A stretch of 64,000 nucleotides of DNA from Octopus vulgaris (GCA_951406725.2 OX597814.1:107384001-107448000); one strand, 5' to 3'. Shown: positions 51,100 to 64,000, counted from the stretch's first letter. Translations and numbers: made by a program. The notes: generated by a model from the sequence alone, not told the origin.

Positions 51100-51945
51100 T
51101 GACTACATTCTCACCAGGATATGGGAGACTGTTGCTAACAAAAGCAAGGGAAGAATGAACTCCTCAACATAGGTTTTGGGCTAGAAGAACCCCAAGAAGT
51201 AAACCAGTCTGGAAAAAGGAAGATATGGAAGCTTAAGGTTCCTTTGAATAGTCAGAGATTTAGAGATATTCTACGTGAAGCATTTTACAAGAAGGATGTT
51301 GAGACGTGTAACAAAGGACAACTGGAAGTTTTTAAGGAATAGACAGTGAGTCAGAGAAAATTGTGATGTTGTAGGTGAGAAGTGTGTTCAGATGGATGAT
51401 GGGACACTTTCTGAAAAGGAAAAGGTATAGAAGTCCCACAATGAAAGGCCGTTAAATATGGAGAATGCATAGGAAAAGGAAAGTCTTCCTAATGTGGATC
51501 CGACAGAAGAACTAGCTACCCGAGTTGACAGTAGCTTGATAGATAAAGCAATTAAAGATAGGAAAACAGAGAAAGATTCTGGCCCATCAGGAATTGCTGA
51601 TGCTTAAAATATCTAGAGAGACACAGCCTAGTCACCTGTAAAAATAATAATGTAGTCAACTGCTACAATGGTAAAGGAGATGCTTTAAATAGAAGCAAAT
51701 TGAGGCATTGAAATGCTGGATCACATCATGGAAGTTACAGAAAGGGTCATAACTGGACTTAATTAAGAAGAGAGTTAACCTAAATGAGACAGTTTGGTTT
51801 TGTGCCAGGGAGAAGTATTACTGATAGTGGCTTCCCTGGAAAAGCAACAAGAAAAGTGTTTAGCCAAAAATAAGCTGCTGCACTTGACATTTGTTGACAT
51901 GGGGGGAGCCTTTAACAGGGTCCTTTGCTTCCTCATTTGATGAGG
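51100..51945 (+). mobile_element. RTE LINE ORF2 middle remnant (further fragments at 850-1090 and 56320-56500, minus)
   Basis: Broken frames give KAIKDRKT.K.SGPSGI..NCYNGKGDAL..QFGFVPGRSITD..LTFVDMGGAFNRV. Confidence 0.75.
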
Positions 51946-54900
51946 AGAAAAAGACCGTGATAGCTGTAATGGCAGAATTTTATTAAGGTAGCCTATAAAT
52001 ACATCAATAAAATTTTACTGAAACAGGTGTGTAGTGGATCTTGCAGGCATGAAGTAGATTCGATCCTAGATAGCCAAATTTAAATTAACACTTCAACAGC
52101 ACTTTTTTTACAGTAAAACAATAGTTTTTCTGTGACAGCCGTTTACATTTGCCAGATGCCTTGGCTAAGCAAAATAATGTCTTCACCACTTGACCCTTCT
52201 AACCTCTTCTACTTCACCAAAAGCTAGAATTAAATCACAGACCACCAACTAAATCCATTGTTCTCAATGATATGTCCATCCTTCTGGATAGTTATAAAAA
52301 CAGGAACCCCCAACCAAAAGTTAGTAGCTAACTCGAATTGGTGAAAATGGAGGCTGGCTGACCGGCTGGACAAAACACCGTCTCTAAAGATAAGGGCTTA
52401 AAAATGACAACTATGGTAACTCACCAACAAAGCAGTTATTTCGTCCCACACTCTCTCACTCTCACTTTATTTGCTCTTACAACATCATCCTATCTCTTTC
52501 TGTAATTACTACTACACAATGACAAGCACATAAACACAAACTATACAAGGAAAATCTACGACATCTATCTTTACTTTGCATGCTTTTGGAATATTATCAC
52601 CTGACCATCGAGGCAAGGTATATACAAATGTAATAGTAAAAATAAATATTTTCTTCACAACTTCAATCACTGTTCTTTCATCTTTACATAATGGCAATCA
52701 ACGAAGAACCAATCCTTACAAACTGATTACGACTCCCACGTTCCATGTTATTGTTTACAAATTAATTTCAACCGTACAAATTCATAAAAACTTCAACCGT
52801 TACAAATGGGTGACTCAGCCGTTACAGGTGTCAATTTGTCAATTTTAAACCTCATTTGTGTTCCTTTACAGTTTGTGTGTGTGTGTGTGTGGTGAGGGGT
52901 GTTAAAATAATAACTGAATATTAATTTACAGAAATAAAATTCTTTTAAATTTTAACTGGCCTGGGCCAAACCAGTAATGCTGAGTTGCATCAATAGACAC
53001 CATTTTATTTCATTATTGAACATCTGTCCTTTGAAAAATTGCTGAATCATTTCCATGATACTTCCATATTTGCGTAAGTTTGAATAATTTTCATTATTTT
53101 ACGACAAGAATAATAGGAAAATAATTTTTGTATGTTTAAAAGTTGACCCAGTCAAACCCTTTGTAACACATTGACATAAACTCACCGGCAACTAAACTAT
53201 TTTTGGTTGAAAAGAGAAAAAAACTGCTTGCGGTTGACAGCAGTTGTGTTGTTTTGTATAAATCATGGAGTTTACATGCGAGGATGAAGAAATATCTTTT
53301 GTTTATGGAATGACAGTTGGTCTGACAATTATTATTTGATAAAAGGACAAGTCCAAGGAATTATAAGATTATTCTTTGAACTCGGATGTTTATGCTTTAT
53401 ATATTTCTTAAAAACAAGGACGCAGGATAATAAGAAAATAAGAAACGAAAAAAAAAATGAAGGTTGATGCAAAAAATGGAATGTGAAAAATGAAAAGAAA
53501 TCAAGAACTAAGATCCTCGTCTGCCTGACTGCAGAATGCTCATTAAATACAACTGGTTTAGAACAAAATAGCAGAAAATATGTCAAAGTTCTCTTTAACT
53601 ATTATATATCCACTGCATCAGAAATTTGCAATGGTCCATAAGTTCAGTGCTTAGTAATCTGAGAAAATATATATATGAAGATGTATCCTTAAGAGAGATG
53701 CCAAGGAATTTTTTATCCATTACTGAAGTGTTACCTGGGATAAGTGCTTATAATAGCGAGAAGTTGAAGTTGTAAGAGATAATGGTGTTATTGAGACACA
53801 AAAATGTCAGGTAAAGCTGAATAAGTGCTATAGACAGACCATAGTTAAGTTCTAGATTCGGTAATTTTGTGAATAAAGGGTTTAACATTGGTTCTATGTC
53901 AACGTGTGTATAAAAGAATTTTTGCATAATAAGATAAAAAAACCAAGGCTGTATTAGAGCATTTATAGATAGAAGGTATTACAGCTGTTTCTAGGATATT
54001 AATTAATAATATCCCTTCATCGGAGACAGTATATATATATATATATATATTTCAGAAAAATTTAGATTCAGTTGAATATGGTACTTAGGTTAAAGGTACC
54101 AGAATTTAGTATGGTATTATCCATATAATTCAAAATGGGGTGATTATAATCAAAATAAGCAACAAGGATATCCAGAGGTAATGCAGTATGATCGTTTCAT
54201 GCAACTCCATTTAATTGAACAATGCAAACATTACATCAATTTAAAATGTAGAGCAATCTTAGAAATTGCTTTACATTTTCTTTTATTTGTTTCAGTCATT
54301 TGATTGTGGCCATGCTGGAGCACTTCCTTCGAGGGTTTTTAGTTGAAGAATTTGACCCTAGGACTTATTCTTTGTAAGCCTAATACTTATTCTATCTGGG
54401 TCTTTTGCCAAACCGCTAAGTTACGGGGACATTAAACACACCAACATCGGTTGTCAAGTGATGGCAGGGGGACAAACACATAAATACGTACACACAAACA
54501 TATATATGAACAATGAGCTTCTTTCAGTTTCTGCCTACCAAATCCACTCACAAGGCTTTGATCACTCCAAAGCTATAGTAGAAGACACTTGCACAATGTC
54601 CCATACAGTGGGACTGAACCTGGAACCATGTGGTTGGGAAGCAAGCTACTTACCACATAGCAATGCCTGGTATATATACATACACACACACACCACCACC
54701 AAGCTAAGTAAAATCTGTCTTCCACATATACAGGCTTGTCCTTTAAGGTGCCAATGCCACATGAAAAGCACCCATTCCAGTGCCACTGAAAAAGCACCCA
54801 GCATGTTGTTAAGTGGTTGGCATTAGAAAGGGCATCCAACCGTAGAAACCATGCCACCACCACAGACTGTTGGAGCCTGGACAGCTCTATGTAAAACCGT

Positions 54901-55324
54901 CCGACCCATACACATAATCGAGACATCATAATAAAGAATGGACAATTATACATATAAACGTAGGCATGGCTGTGTAGTAAGGAATCTGCTTACCAACCCC
55001 ATGGTTATGGGTTCAGCCCCACTGCGTGACACCTTGGGCAAGTGTCTTCTACTATAGCCTCAGGCCGACCAAAGCCTTGTGAGTGGATTCAGTGTGCTTA
55101 TGTCCCCGTAACCTAGCGGTTCGGCAAAAAGAGAACGATAGAATAAGTACTAGGCTTACAAAGAATAAGTCCTGGGGTCGATGTCCCCGACTAAAATCCT
55201 TTAAGACGGTGCTCCAGCATGACCACAGTCAAATGACTGAAACGTGTAAAAGAATAAGAGAATATTTTCTTACTCCATTCTGCCATCTACTGGATAAATA
55301 CTCTAGTCTCCTTTGATATAGGCA

Positions 55325-55672
55325 ATGTGCGCATTAACAATAACTCTGAGCACCTTTTCAAACTCAACCTGTCTAACACCCGTGGACATGTTTACAAAGT
55401 CAGAAAACAGCACAGCTCCCATGACTTTCGGAAACATCTTTTCACGCTAACAGTTGCTGAAGTATGGAACAAACTGCCGGCATCAGTTGTTAGTTGTCGG
55501 AGCACTGCATCCTTCAAAACTTCCATGCTTTCTGAGATTCGCCAACACTACACCTGATTTTCTCCCCGCCATACACACGCAAGCATGTATCTGACTCATA
55601 CACTGTTCACTTCCCAAACATTTGTACATTACTGCATATGCTTTATACACACTTTTGACAAGTTGTGGTGCA
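55325..55672 (+). mobile_element. CR1-clade LINE 3' remnant
   Basis: ORF 55327-55557 has TRGHVYKV..FRKHLF..VWNKLPASVV..S..SFK, the CR1/L2 ORF2 C-terminus, followed by 3'UTR. A related tail lies at 44480-44590. Confidence 0.85.
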
Positions 55673-55679
55673 CACTTTA

Positions 55680-56212
55680 AGAAAGCATATCTCTAATCCT
55701 TAACTCATCAGCTTGTTTCACCCACTTGTACGGCTAACAGCTCCTCCCACGCAAAAATGAAACGCGATTTCGGCACCCAAAATTACAAAGAGAAACTACT
55801 TTAGTGTTTCAAACCTATTCCGCAATCCGGGATTATTATATCTTATATATATATTATACCCAGTGATACTAACAGGTATGAAAAAGATATTTTGGCGGGC
55901 GATCTTTCGTCTCTAGTTTACCTTTCCGTCGATTTCCGTAAACATTTTTTTTTTTTTACATATGGGCTTGCGGGAACTTTTGAAGTAATATACATACATA
56001 TACACATACACCGAGTAAAAAATTTCAGTTATCTCTTTCTTTCACACATTACTCTGTCTCTTCACACACACTAACAGAAGCACTTCACTTACACAACATA
56101 CTGTCTGTCTCCCACACCCATCAAACACACACACACGGATCTTTTCACTTTCGGTTAAGTAGGAAAAATTTGACAAATCAGGCTTCGAAACTGCACGATT
56201 TTATAATATATA
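55680..56212 (-). mobile_element. Helitron-like 5' portion (inverted)
   Basis: Minus strand begins TATATATTATAAAATCGTG followed by a GT/GA-rich tract, like the 5' end of the 57418 Helitron; 3' end not seen. Confidence 0.45.
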
Positions 56213-56296
56213 ATAATGAAATTATTGTATACAGTGCTCAGGTGCACCACAGCACTGTATACAATAATTTCATTATTATATATTATAAAATCGTGC
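56193..56296. repeat. Perfect 46-bp-arm hairpin with 12-nt loop
   Basis: 56193-56238 is the exact reverse complement of 56251-56296. Confidence 0.95.
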
Positions 56297-57363
56297 GGGT
56301 GAAAGATTCAAATAACACTCATTTGGTAGCCAACAGAGGTAACAGCCTATTCTTATTCTAGCTATTACAATCTCCGTGCATCCTCCTCCACTACTAATTT
56401 GGTCCCCTCGGTAGCACAAATTATCCACTGCTTCTAATGAGCCATCAAGGAATTCGAGAGAATCAGTCTCTCCCCAGAGATAATGTTTTGGTACCAAGGG
56501 AATGAATCCTAACTCTTAACTTGAGTATTGCTCGGTTCGTTTCGTCTTATTTCATTTTATTTTCATTTTATTTTCATAAACCAAACCGTACGTGTGGGTC
56601 TGTATATCTCATGACAGTTCAAAAGAAGTCAGAACTGTCATGAGAAATACAGACCCACACCGTTGAACCCCTAATTTGGTGGCAATTATTTTCGCATTGT
56701 ATGCACAGGAATTAAATAAGTTTCACTCGATATCTTCAGAGGATAGTTTTGTACGAAGAACCTACCCAAGGCAGCGGCTCGCTCACTGATATTCATTCGC
56801 CTTAGAAGTAATTTATTATTTTTATTTTTATTTTATTACCCACAAGGGGCTAAACACAGAGAGGACAAACAAGGGCAGACAAAGGGATTAAGTCGATTAC
56901 ATCGACCCCAGTGCGTAACTAGTACTTAATTTATCGACCTCGAAAGGATGAAAGGCAAAGTCGACCTCGGCAGAATTTGAACTCAGAACGTCTTAAAAGT
57001 AATTAAGATCTCCATCTCATACGGCTGTAAACAGTTTACCATCGACCTTATTTGATACACATTTTACAAGAGGAACCATAAAGGAGAGAAACGAGAAGCT
57101 GCAATATTCCAGATGAGTGGAACAAATTACAGAAGACCGTGAGTGTGTGAGAAACGGGCATAAATAGATCTGTCAGGGAACTTGTCACATTTCATTGGTG
57201 ACCAAAGTAGCTTCAACAGTGGGTTGCGGGACCATTTGCCTTAAACAGCTTCAACATCTTACAAGTATTCATTTCAGAAAAGACTCCTTGAAACTTTTTC
57301 GATGAGCGGAGATCAATCAATCCATCTACTTTTGTAAGTAAAAACTATATATATAAACGAGGC

Positions 57364-57399
<36 letters not shown>

Positions 57400-57417
57400 G
57401 GTATATATATATATATA

Positions 57418-57713
57418 TCTTTATATATAAAAGTGAGGTTGTGTGTCTGTCTCCTACGATTTAGATTCCTAACTACTCCCACATTTTGCGGTGCAGTTTA
57501 ACCAAAACCAGGTATCTTATAGTCGTGATTAATATCGAGCCCTTCTGGGTATTAGCGCGCGTCTACCATGAGTCTACGATTTAAAAAAAAATTTACCATA
57601 ATTTTTTTTCCCATTTTTAATGCATTTTTAACTATTTTTTGGCTATAACTCTCTAAAAATGCTTATATAGTTATTTCCTTTACAAACCCGAGCAACGCCG
57701 GGCGATACTGCTA

Positions 57714-57714
<1 letters not shown>
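57418..57714 (+). mobile_element. Non-autonomous Helitron
   Basis: 5' TC, subterminal hairpin CCCGAGCAACGCCGGG (57687-57702), 3' CTAG, inserted between A and T within (TA)n, no TSD. Confidence 0.85.
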
Positions 57715-57756
<42 letters not shown>

Positions 57757-57862
57757 TGGTGTCCTGTACCCATATATGCATGTATATATACATGTAGAGG
57801 TAGGTACGTAGATATTTGTATGTATATATGCATATGTTTTATTTTATTTATTAATTAATTTA

Positions 57863-59367
57863 GGTACTTGTCAATTGTCGTGGTCCCGGTTTTGCACACG
57901 CGAATTTGCGCGTGCGCGCGCGCCAGACGTAGGTACTCGATACTCGAGATCCTACGAGGTGACTTGCGCATGCGCAGTGCAGAATTCGCGCATGCGCGTT
58001 AAACCCCCCCCCTAAAAAAAAAGGTGTTGGATTTCACTAAAAATATATATGTGTGTGTGTGTGTGTGTGTATATATAACATTTTCAATTTTACACAAAAA
58101 AATTACATAGTCGCTTTCCTCGCGGATTTACAGAGAAATGAATTAATTACTATTTTACAGAATAAAATTAATGAATTAATTATATAAATTAAATAATTCT
58201 TGAAAATTAATTAATATTAATAATATTTTTTGAACAAAGTAAATAATTTATAAAACTTGGTTAATAATTTTTTTTACACAAACGCGAACGTATATAATTT
58301 GTGAAACTTTTTTTTTTTTTTACAGACGTATATAATTTGGTAAACTTAATGAATTAATTTCTTCTCATCATCATCATCGTTTAACGTCCGTTCTCCATGC
58401 CAGCATGGGTTGGACGGTTCGACCGGGGATCTGGGAAGCCAGAAGGCTGCACCAGACTCCAGTCTTATCTGGCAATGTTTCTACAGCTGGATGCCCTTCC
58501 TAACGCCAACCACTCCGAGAGTGTAGTGGGTGCTTTTTACATGCCACCCGCACAGGTGCCAGGCGAGGCTGGCAACGGCCACGGTCGGATTGGTGCCAGT
58601 CGAGGCGGCTCTGGCATCGGCCACGATTCGGATAGTGCTTTTTACGTACCACCAGTCCAGGGGTCCTGGCATTTGCCGGGTGCCACACTTGCCCCAACAT
58701 GTCTTCGCAAGCAAAGGGGGTTGGCATGGGTGCCTGTCGTGGGATGAGGTTCGATATCAACTTCGCTTGCCTCAACAGGTCTTTGTGTATAAATGTATAA
58801 ATTTTTCGCACTAAATTCTTTCCGTAGAATTTATCAAAAAACGCGCAAAATTATTCCGTAGACTTTATCAAATTAAAAAACGCAAAATTAATATATTTTT
58901 TGAAATTGCAAATTATTTAGAATATAAAACAAATTAAGTTAAATTTTAAAAATAAATGTCATATACTTATACTCTGTAAGGTGCTGTGTTCACACTTCAA
59001 TTTACTATTTTCTAGAAATGTTGCTTTTCTAATTGAAACAATTTTTCTCAATCTCCATTTAAAAGTCCATAATGCCTCTTGAGCCATATCAAAATGAACA
59101 ACTTTGAATTACCCGGTGGTGGTGGTGGTGGTGTGAGGTTCTAATTTTTTTTCTGATCTCTCTTTGCCCCCTCTTTATCTCAGTTGTTCATTCAGCTAAT
59201 ATTTAGAAAAATTTTCGCGCCCAATTTTTGTTGTCGCGGGAAAAGATGAACGATTTAAAATAAATATATCTTAATTGTAGTGTGAGAAAGTATATATATT
59301 CTGATGACAAAATATATTATCTTTCAAAAACATCCCAAATTTATAGACTATATCGTGTAGGTTTAAG

Positions 59368-59402
<35 letters not shown>

Positions 59403-59450
59403 TATATATTCGCGTGTGCAAAACCGGGACCACGACAATTGACAAGTACC
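57863..59450. mobile_element. Non-autonomous TIR DNA transposon, Merlin- or MULE-like
   Basis: Perfect 43-bp TIRs (GGTACTTGTCAATTGTCGTGGTCCCGGTTTTGCACACGCGAAT) at 57863-57905 and 59408-59450; perfect 9-bp TSD ATTAATTTA; nested SINE. Confidence 0.88.
58365..58782 (-). mobile_element. SINE family 2 with (TGA)n tail and internal tandem units (representative copy)
   Basis: (CAT)n TTTAACGTCCG..CCATGC.AGCATGGGTTGGAC..CAGCTGGATGCCCTTCCTAACGCCAACCAC. More than 25 copies or fragments, e.g. 454-800, 2551-2850, 3478-4080, 4542-4810, 5087-5410, 12019-12210, 23085-23540, 36505-36890, 41458-41935 (-); 5520-5840, 16240-16490, 19337-19575, 43210-43530, 48290-48730 (+). Confidence 0.85.
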
Positions 59451-59460
59451 ATTAATTTAT

Positions 59461-59494
<34 letters not shown>

Positions 59495-59502
59495 AACGAG
59501 GC

Positions 59503-59533
<31 letters not shown>

Positions 59534-59619
59534 CACGAAGCGTTCATGTGTATATATATGGCAATCCTTCGTTTTAACATATATATATATAAAAACTACG
59601 CGTGTGTGTGTGTGTATAT

Positions 59620-61090
59620 ATATAAACAAAGTAAGCGTTGGAAGTGTGTATGTTCCTTCATTCCAAAACCGAGTTTTGACGAGGCTTTTCGCTCTACCGA
59701 CTAAACTAATATTTTCATTTACGTAAATTCGTGACAATCCAAAACACTGACGAACATTATGATGCGAGATTATTGTGGGTCCACACGAACAGAGGATCAT
59801 CTTCACTAACACTGCCTGATATTTCGGTGAGAATCGGGGCGCTAACCATAACAAAATCTTCATTGTCGGGGACTTGAGTTGAAGTAATTTCACAAATTAA
59901 GGATTTCATGGCCTTTATTTTTCCGTCCTCAATCTCCATAACGTTAAGACGAAACTAAACACTGGGCATCTGCTTCTAATCGAACAGGTAAACCGTATAT
60001 TAATTAGTCTATCGATATTGGATAACCCTATTAAGGGCATATATGACATTAATTGAGCTTGTTTTAATATCTCGTTACAGCAAGTAAAGCAATAAGCACA
60101 CCATTTGACCGGTCGTAACTTTTTTAGTTTTTGGTATTTTCAGAATTTTTGTTCGAATTTGTGTTTTACAAAATCTAAAATTTTTTTATCAACGCCATCC
60201 CGCCTCTGAAATTCTCAAAATCGGAGGGTAATTTGGGACAAAGAAAAGCGATCACTTGGAAGACATGAATAGAAGATTATTTGGATAAACAAAATAATTA
60301 TTTGGGACAAATTAAAAAAAAAAAAAAAGAATTGATTAGAAACAAACCAAAACAACAGGGATATGCAAAAAGGGGTATTTTAGGGTAAATTTTAAAAGAG
60401 AATAATACGGCGATCTGGGACAAACTAAAAAAGCAATCATTTGTGGGAAATAGTTTTTATACTGAAGCTAAAAATAGTTACAACTGGTGAAATATCTGTT
60501 TTGCAAAATAAATAAAAAACATTAAAAGATGACGAAAATATAATCAGAGAGGGAAGAAAATAACAAAAAACAGCCCCAAATGTGACTTGGAAAAAAAAAC
60601 GTCACAGTACATGAAAGTATTTTTAATTAATTATTTTTAAGTAGCTTGTTAATTAAATTGTACATGGTGACACTAATTTATATAACGGTTTTAGATGTCT
60701 GAAAAAATTAAAATAGGTTTATTCAATGTCTTAAATTAAATAATTGCTTTATTTTTTAATGACTCAAATGCGCTTTTGTGTGTGTGTGTGCGCGCGCGCA
60801 GTGATTGCTCTAAAGGCATTTCGTGCCTTGACAGAAGAAAATGAAGAGCGAAAAACCGTTTGAGACGATGCAAAGTCGTGTGAGAAAAGGGTGGCATTTA
60901 GTTGTTGCCTTGGCTTCGGGTGGGTTGGATGCAGCATCGTGTGTGTATGTGTGAGATGCCACACAATTTAAATATCAGCAATTCTAAGAGTCGAAGACAC
61001 ATGCAAGAAGTTTCCCTCGAAACCAACCAATATCTGATGATAGCTTACTAATTAAAGACAAGTTGTAATATTCTGTTTCACTGTAAGTAT
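59620..61090. promoter_or_regulatory. CpG-retaining unique region, candidate divergent promoter with first exons
   Basis: CpG is visibly more frequent than in the rest of the window. + strand donor CACT|GTAAGT at 61082/61083; minus donor TAC|GTAAAT at 59723/59722. Confidence 0.35.
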
Positions 61091-64000
61091 ACTCAACCAT
61101 TTTTTTTTTTTTTTTTGCTATATTCTAACGAAGTTTAATTTTACTTTAACGAGTACAAAGACAGACTATCATTTATCTTTCGCGTAATCTAATTTTCTTA
61201 TAAGTTTCCGCATTCTTATTTTCTGCTTAAAAGCAAAAAGATATTCTCCATGTTCACGTTCGAATCGGCCAGAATGCAGCGACAAGGAATAAGGTAGGAT
61301 CTTATTGTTTAGATTCTGTGGTTCTCAACCAATTTTTCTTTTCTTTTTGCCAATGGACCCGTTTGATTTCTATTTTATTCTGGCGGATCCTCATAGGCAT
61401 TTCATGGTTCAAAAATCCCATTATATTTTTATTATTAAATATTATTCGGAATTATATTATTTAACAAAATCTTACATGAACCTTCATTGAGAGCCACTAA
61501 ATCCTAGCTGTTTCTATGTACATACGAATTATTTCTTTAATAAATTCTTCAAAGATTTACAAGTCTCAATTCGTTTTTGTTGTTTTTTCTTTTTACCAAA
61601 GAATACACCCATCTTCAAACTATGGTCGATTGAATTATGGAATACATATCACAACCTCATGAAGAAGGGATTGGATATGGATTTGTTTATTTGTGTGAAA
61701 GAATTTTATTTATCAAAAAAATTAAATTGAAACTGTTTACATTATCTGTCCATTTAAGCGTAAAAATCAATGCAAACACATGTGGTATAGTAACAATCAT
61801 TATTTTTATTATATCTGTTCATCAATCATTTGGAAATATATCGAAGGATTGCCAATCAAATTAGCTGAATCCAATAATGGAAAAGTAATGTTTCGAACCA
61901 GTCCAAAAATAATTCTACGTTCATTCGTTTTGGCAACAGTTTTTCGGGACGATGTTCAAAGAGTTTTCATTGTACCTATCCCACCCGAGCCTTTGCTTAT
62001 TTTGTTCATACCGTGGGAACATATCAATATTAATGTTCTTTTCGGCTGTTACTAATATATATATATTTTTTTTTTGTCCCCCCGTCAAGAGTTTTCTTAA
62101 AAGATGTGCATTATATTATTGGACAGGGCGCAACACGCGATTCAGCCGATTGCATTTTATTGGATTGAATTACAGCAACAAAGGTGGGTATTTTTTCTCT
62201 GCGTTTAGTGAAACCTAATTTTAATTACGCACTTGTTCAGCCGCCACCGCAACAACGAACGGAGTTTCGTATGAAATTACGTCGTTTTAAATTAAGGCGT
62301 GTTTGGCAAAACTGAATCACAGAAACAGAACAAACAACCAAAGTTTCAGACAACACATGCAGACAATTATGAAGAAGAGCAGGACTTCAAGTTGATTCAG
62401 ATTTCAAACAATGCCTTACAGAATTAATAAAAATTCTCTCTTTTTTTTGTTTAATTAGCATCATACTTATAGTTTCTGTTTGTTTGTTTGTTACCTGATT
62501 GTACGGAAAAAACAACAAAAAGTTGGAATACAACTAAAAATTTATTCTAAACTTGATAAAAAAATTATTTTTTGAATTTATATACTTCTTCGTAATAAAT
62601 TTATAATAAATTAAACATTTTTTTTAAAAGACATAATATTTGTCTTCGTACTCCCAAAAGCTCTAATTCCGCAATGAGATCACATTATCACATCGGGTCA
62701 GTAAAACCACTTATTTTTATATTTTCAAAATCTTTCATATAATCGAAATCTTCTCGTAACATCAATAGACAGACAAAGAATTCAGTTTGATCATTTAATA
62801 AACCTAGAATATCAATGTAACTTGTTTACTATGAACTGAAGCGCTTAGCGACAAGAAGTAAAATGAAACCGTTGAAATTAAGTTTGAAAAATATTTAAGT
62901 TTCCTTTTGGGGAAAATTTTCACTCTTAGCTTTTATCTGTATCTTGAAGTAAATCATGGGACGTACAATGAAATTACATAACAGTAATCTAATTAATATC
63001 ATTTGCTTGGAGGTTATGTAATTGTTTACGGAAAGTTTTTCAGGCAAAACAAAGAAGTATCCATGTACCCATGACCTGCTAGTTTTAACCAAAACTAAAT
63101 CGATACCTTACTATGTATAGAATGAGAGAAATAACTTGTTTATATATATATGTATGTGTGTGTCTGTAAATATATAAATGGACGAGATTGTTAATAGTTG
63201 AAGGTCTCTGATATTAAGGCAGCTCGATGAAGACTGACTAATTAAATTAAACCAGGTCAAAACTTCGTAAGTTTCAGAATATGAAAAAAAAGCGGACACG
63301 TCAAAAGCCAGGCATATTTTAAGTAAAATGAACTGAATTCATATTCGACGTTACAATTAAATTAAAAACAACAAAGGAAAGTATTTGGTATGCTAGTTTT
63401 ATATATAAAATATGAGTATATATACACACACACACATATATATATATTTACAAAGTGTCGTCATAAAATGACGGAAAGACTTCCTCCTCCCATTTTCTGG
63501 CAAATTGTTTTTTTATTATATTTTTACCAAAAACCCACTTTTTCGGATACGGAGATTTCGGGAAATTGCCAAAAGTCGGAAGTTTGAAATCCCCATCCCC
63601 AATTTCTTTTTTCACTTTTTTTCGTAACCCTAAAACCCCAATCCTAGCCAAACATTTTTAGAAATTTCTTTCAGAATCATAATCTTCGTATTTTTCCACA
63701 TATTTTGAGAGAAAAAAAAATTCTTAAAGTTAAAAATGAAGAATTTAGCGGGGTTAGGGTAATTTCAAAATGCCTATTTTTGCCAGTTTTTTTGCAGATT
63801 AGTATTCTCCATAGCCGAAAACGGGGGTTTTGTGTAGGAAAATTTTTTTTTTTTTAAAGGGGTGTTTTTGGGGAGGTACAAAAGGAAGTGCTGCCATGTC
63901 GACAATTCTATTCCTATAGAAAATTGAATTTTCACCATTGTGACAGGGATTTTACAATTTTTTTTCCCTCACCACACATTTCAAAACTATGGTGGGAAGC

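Noticed and set aside
51965-52480. Second solo LTR (TGTAA...TTACA)
   Set aside because: No matching TSD on the flanks.
58397-58747. Recurrent peptide FLQLDALPNANHSESVVGAFY suggesting a gene family
   Set aside because: Antisense translation of SINE family 2; frames are not conserved between copies.

Overview
AT-rich, repeat-dense animal genomic DNA. The SINE/LINE repertoire looks like an octopus or other coleoid cephalopod; this is from recognition, not a search. One protein-coding gene is firmly supported: a nucleotide-sugar transporter most like the UDP-galactose translocator SLC35A2, on the + strand with two coding exons (20891-21225 and 30994-31614) separated by a 9.8 kb GT-AG intron. Its first exon was not located. 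A weak candidate minus-strand spliced transcript and a divergent + strand leader lie around a CpG-rich region at 59.7-61.1 kb. The rest is mostly mobile DNA: three abundant SINE families, RTE, CR1 and HERO LINE remnants, mariner, maT (DD37D), Tc1 and Tigger relics, hAT and piggyBac MITEs, Helitron/Helentron-like elements, a solo LTR and a Merlin/MULE-like TIR element. The most striking unannotated signal is a ~265-nt element joining a tRNA-like Pol III head to a minimal type I hammerhead ribozyme of Penelope-like form. It occurs at 7 loci and repeatedly forms head-to-head fold-backs. Up to four further unrelated hammerhead-like repeat families and several local inverted duplications are also present. 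Almost all short ORFs in the ORF track are repeat or microsatellite artefacts.
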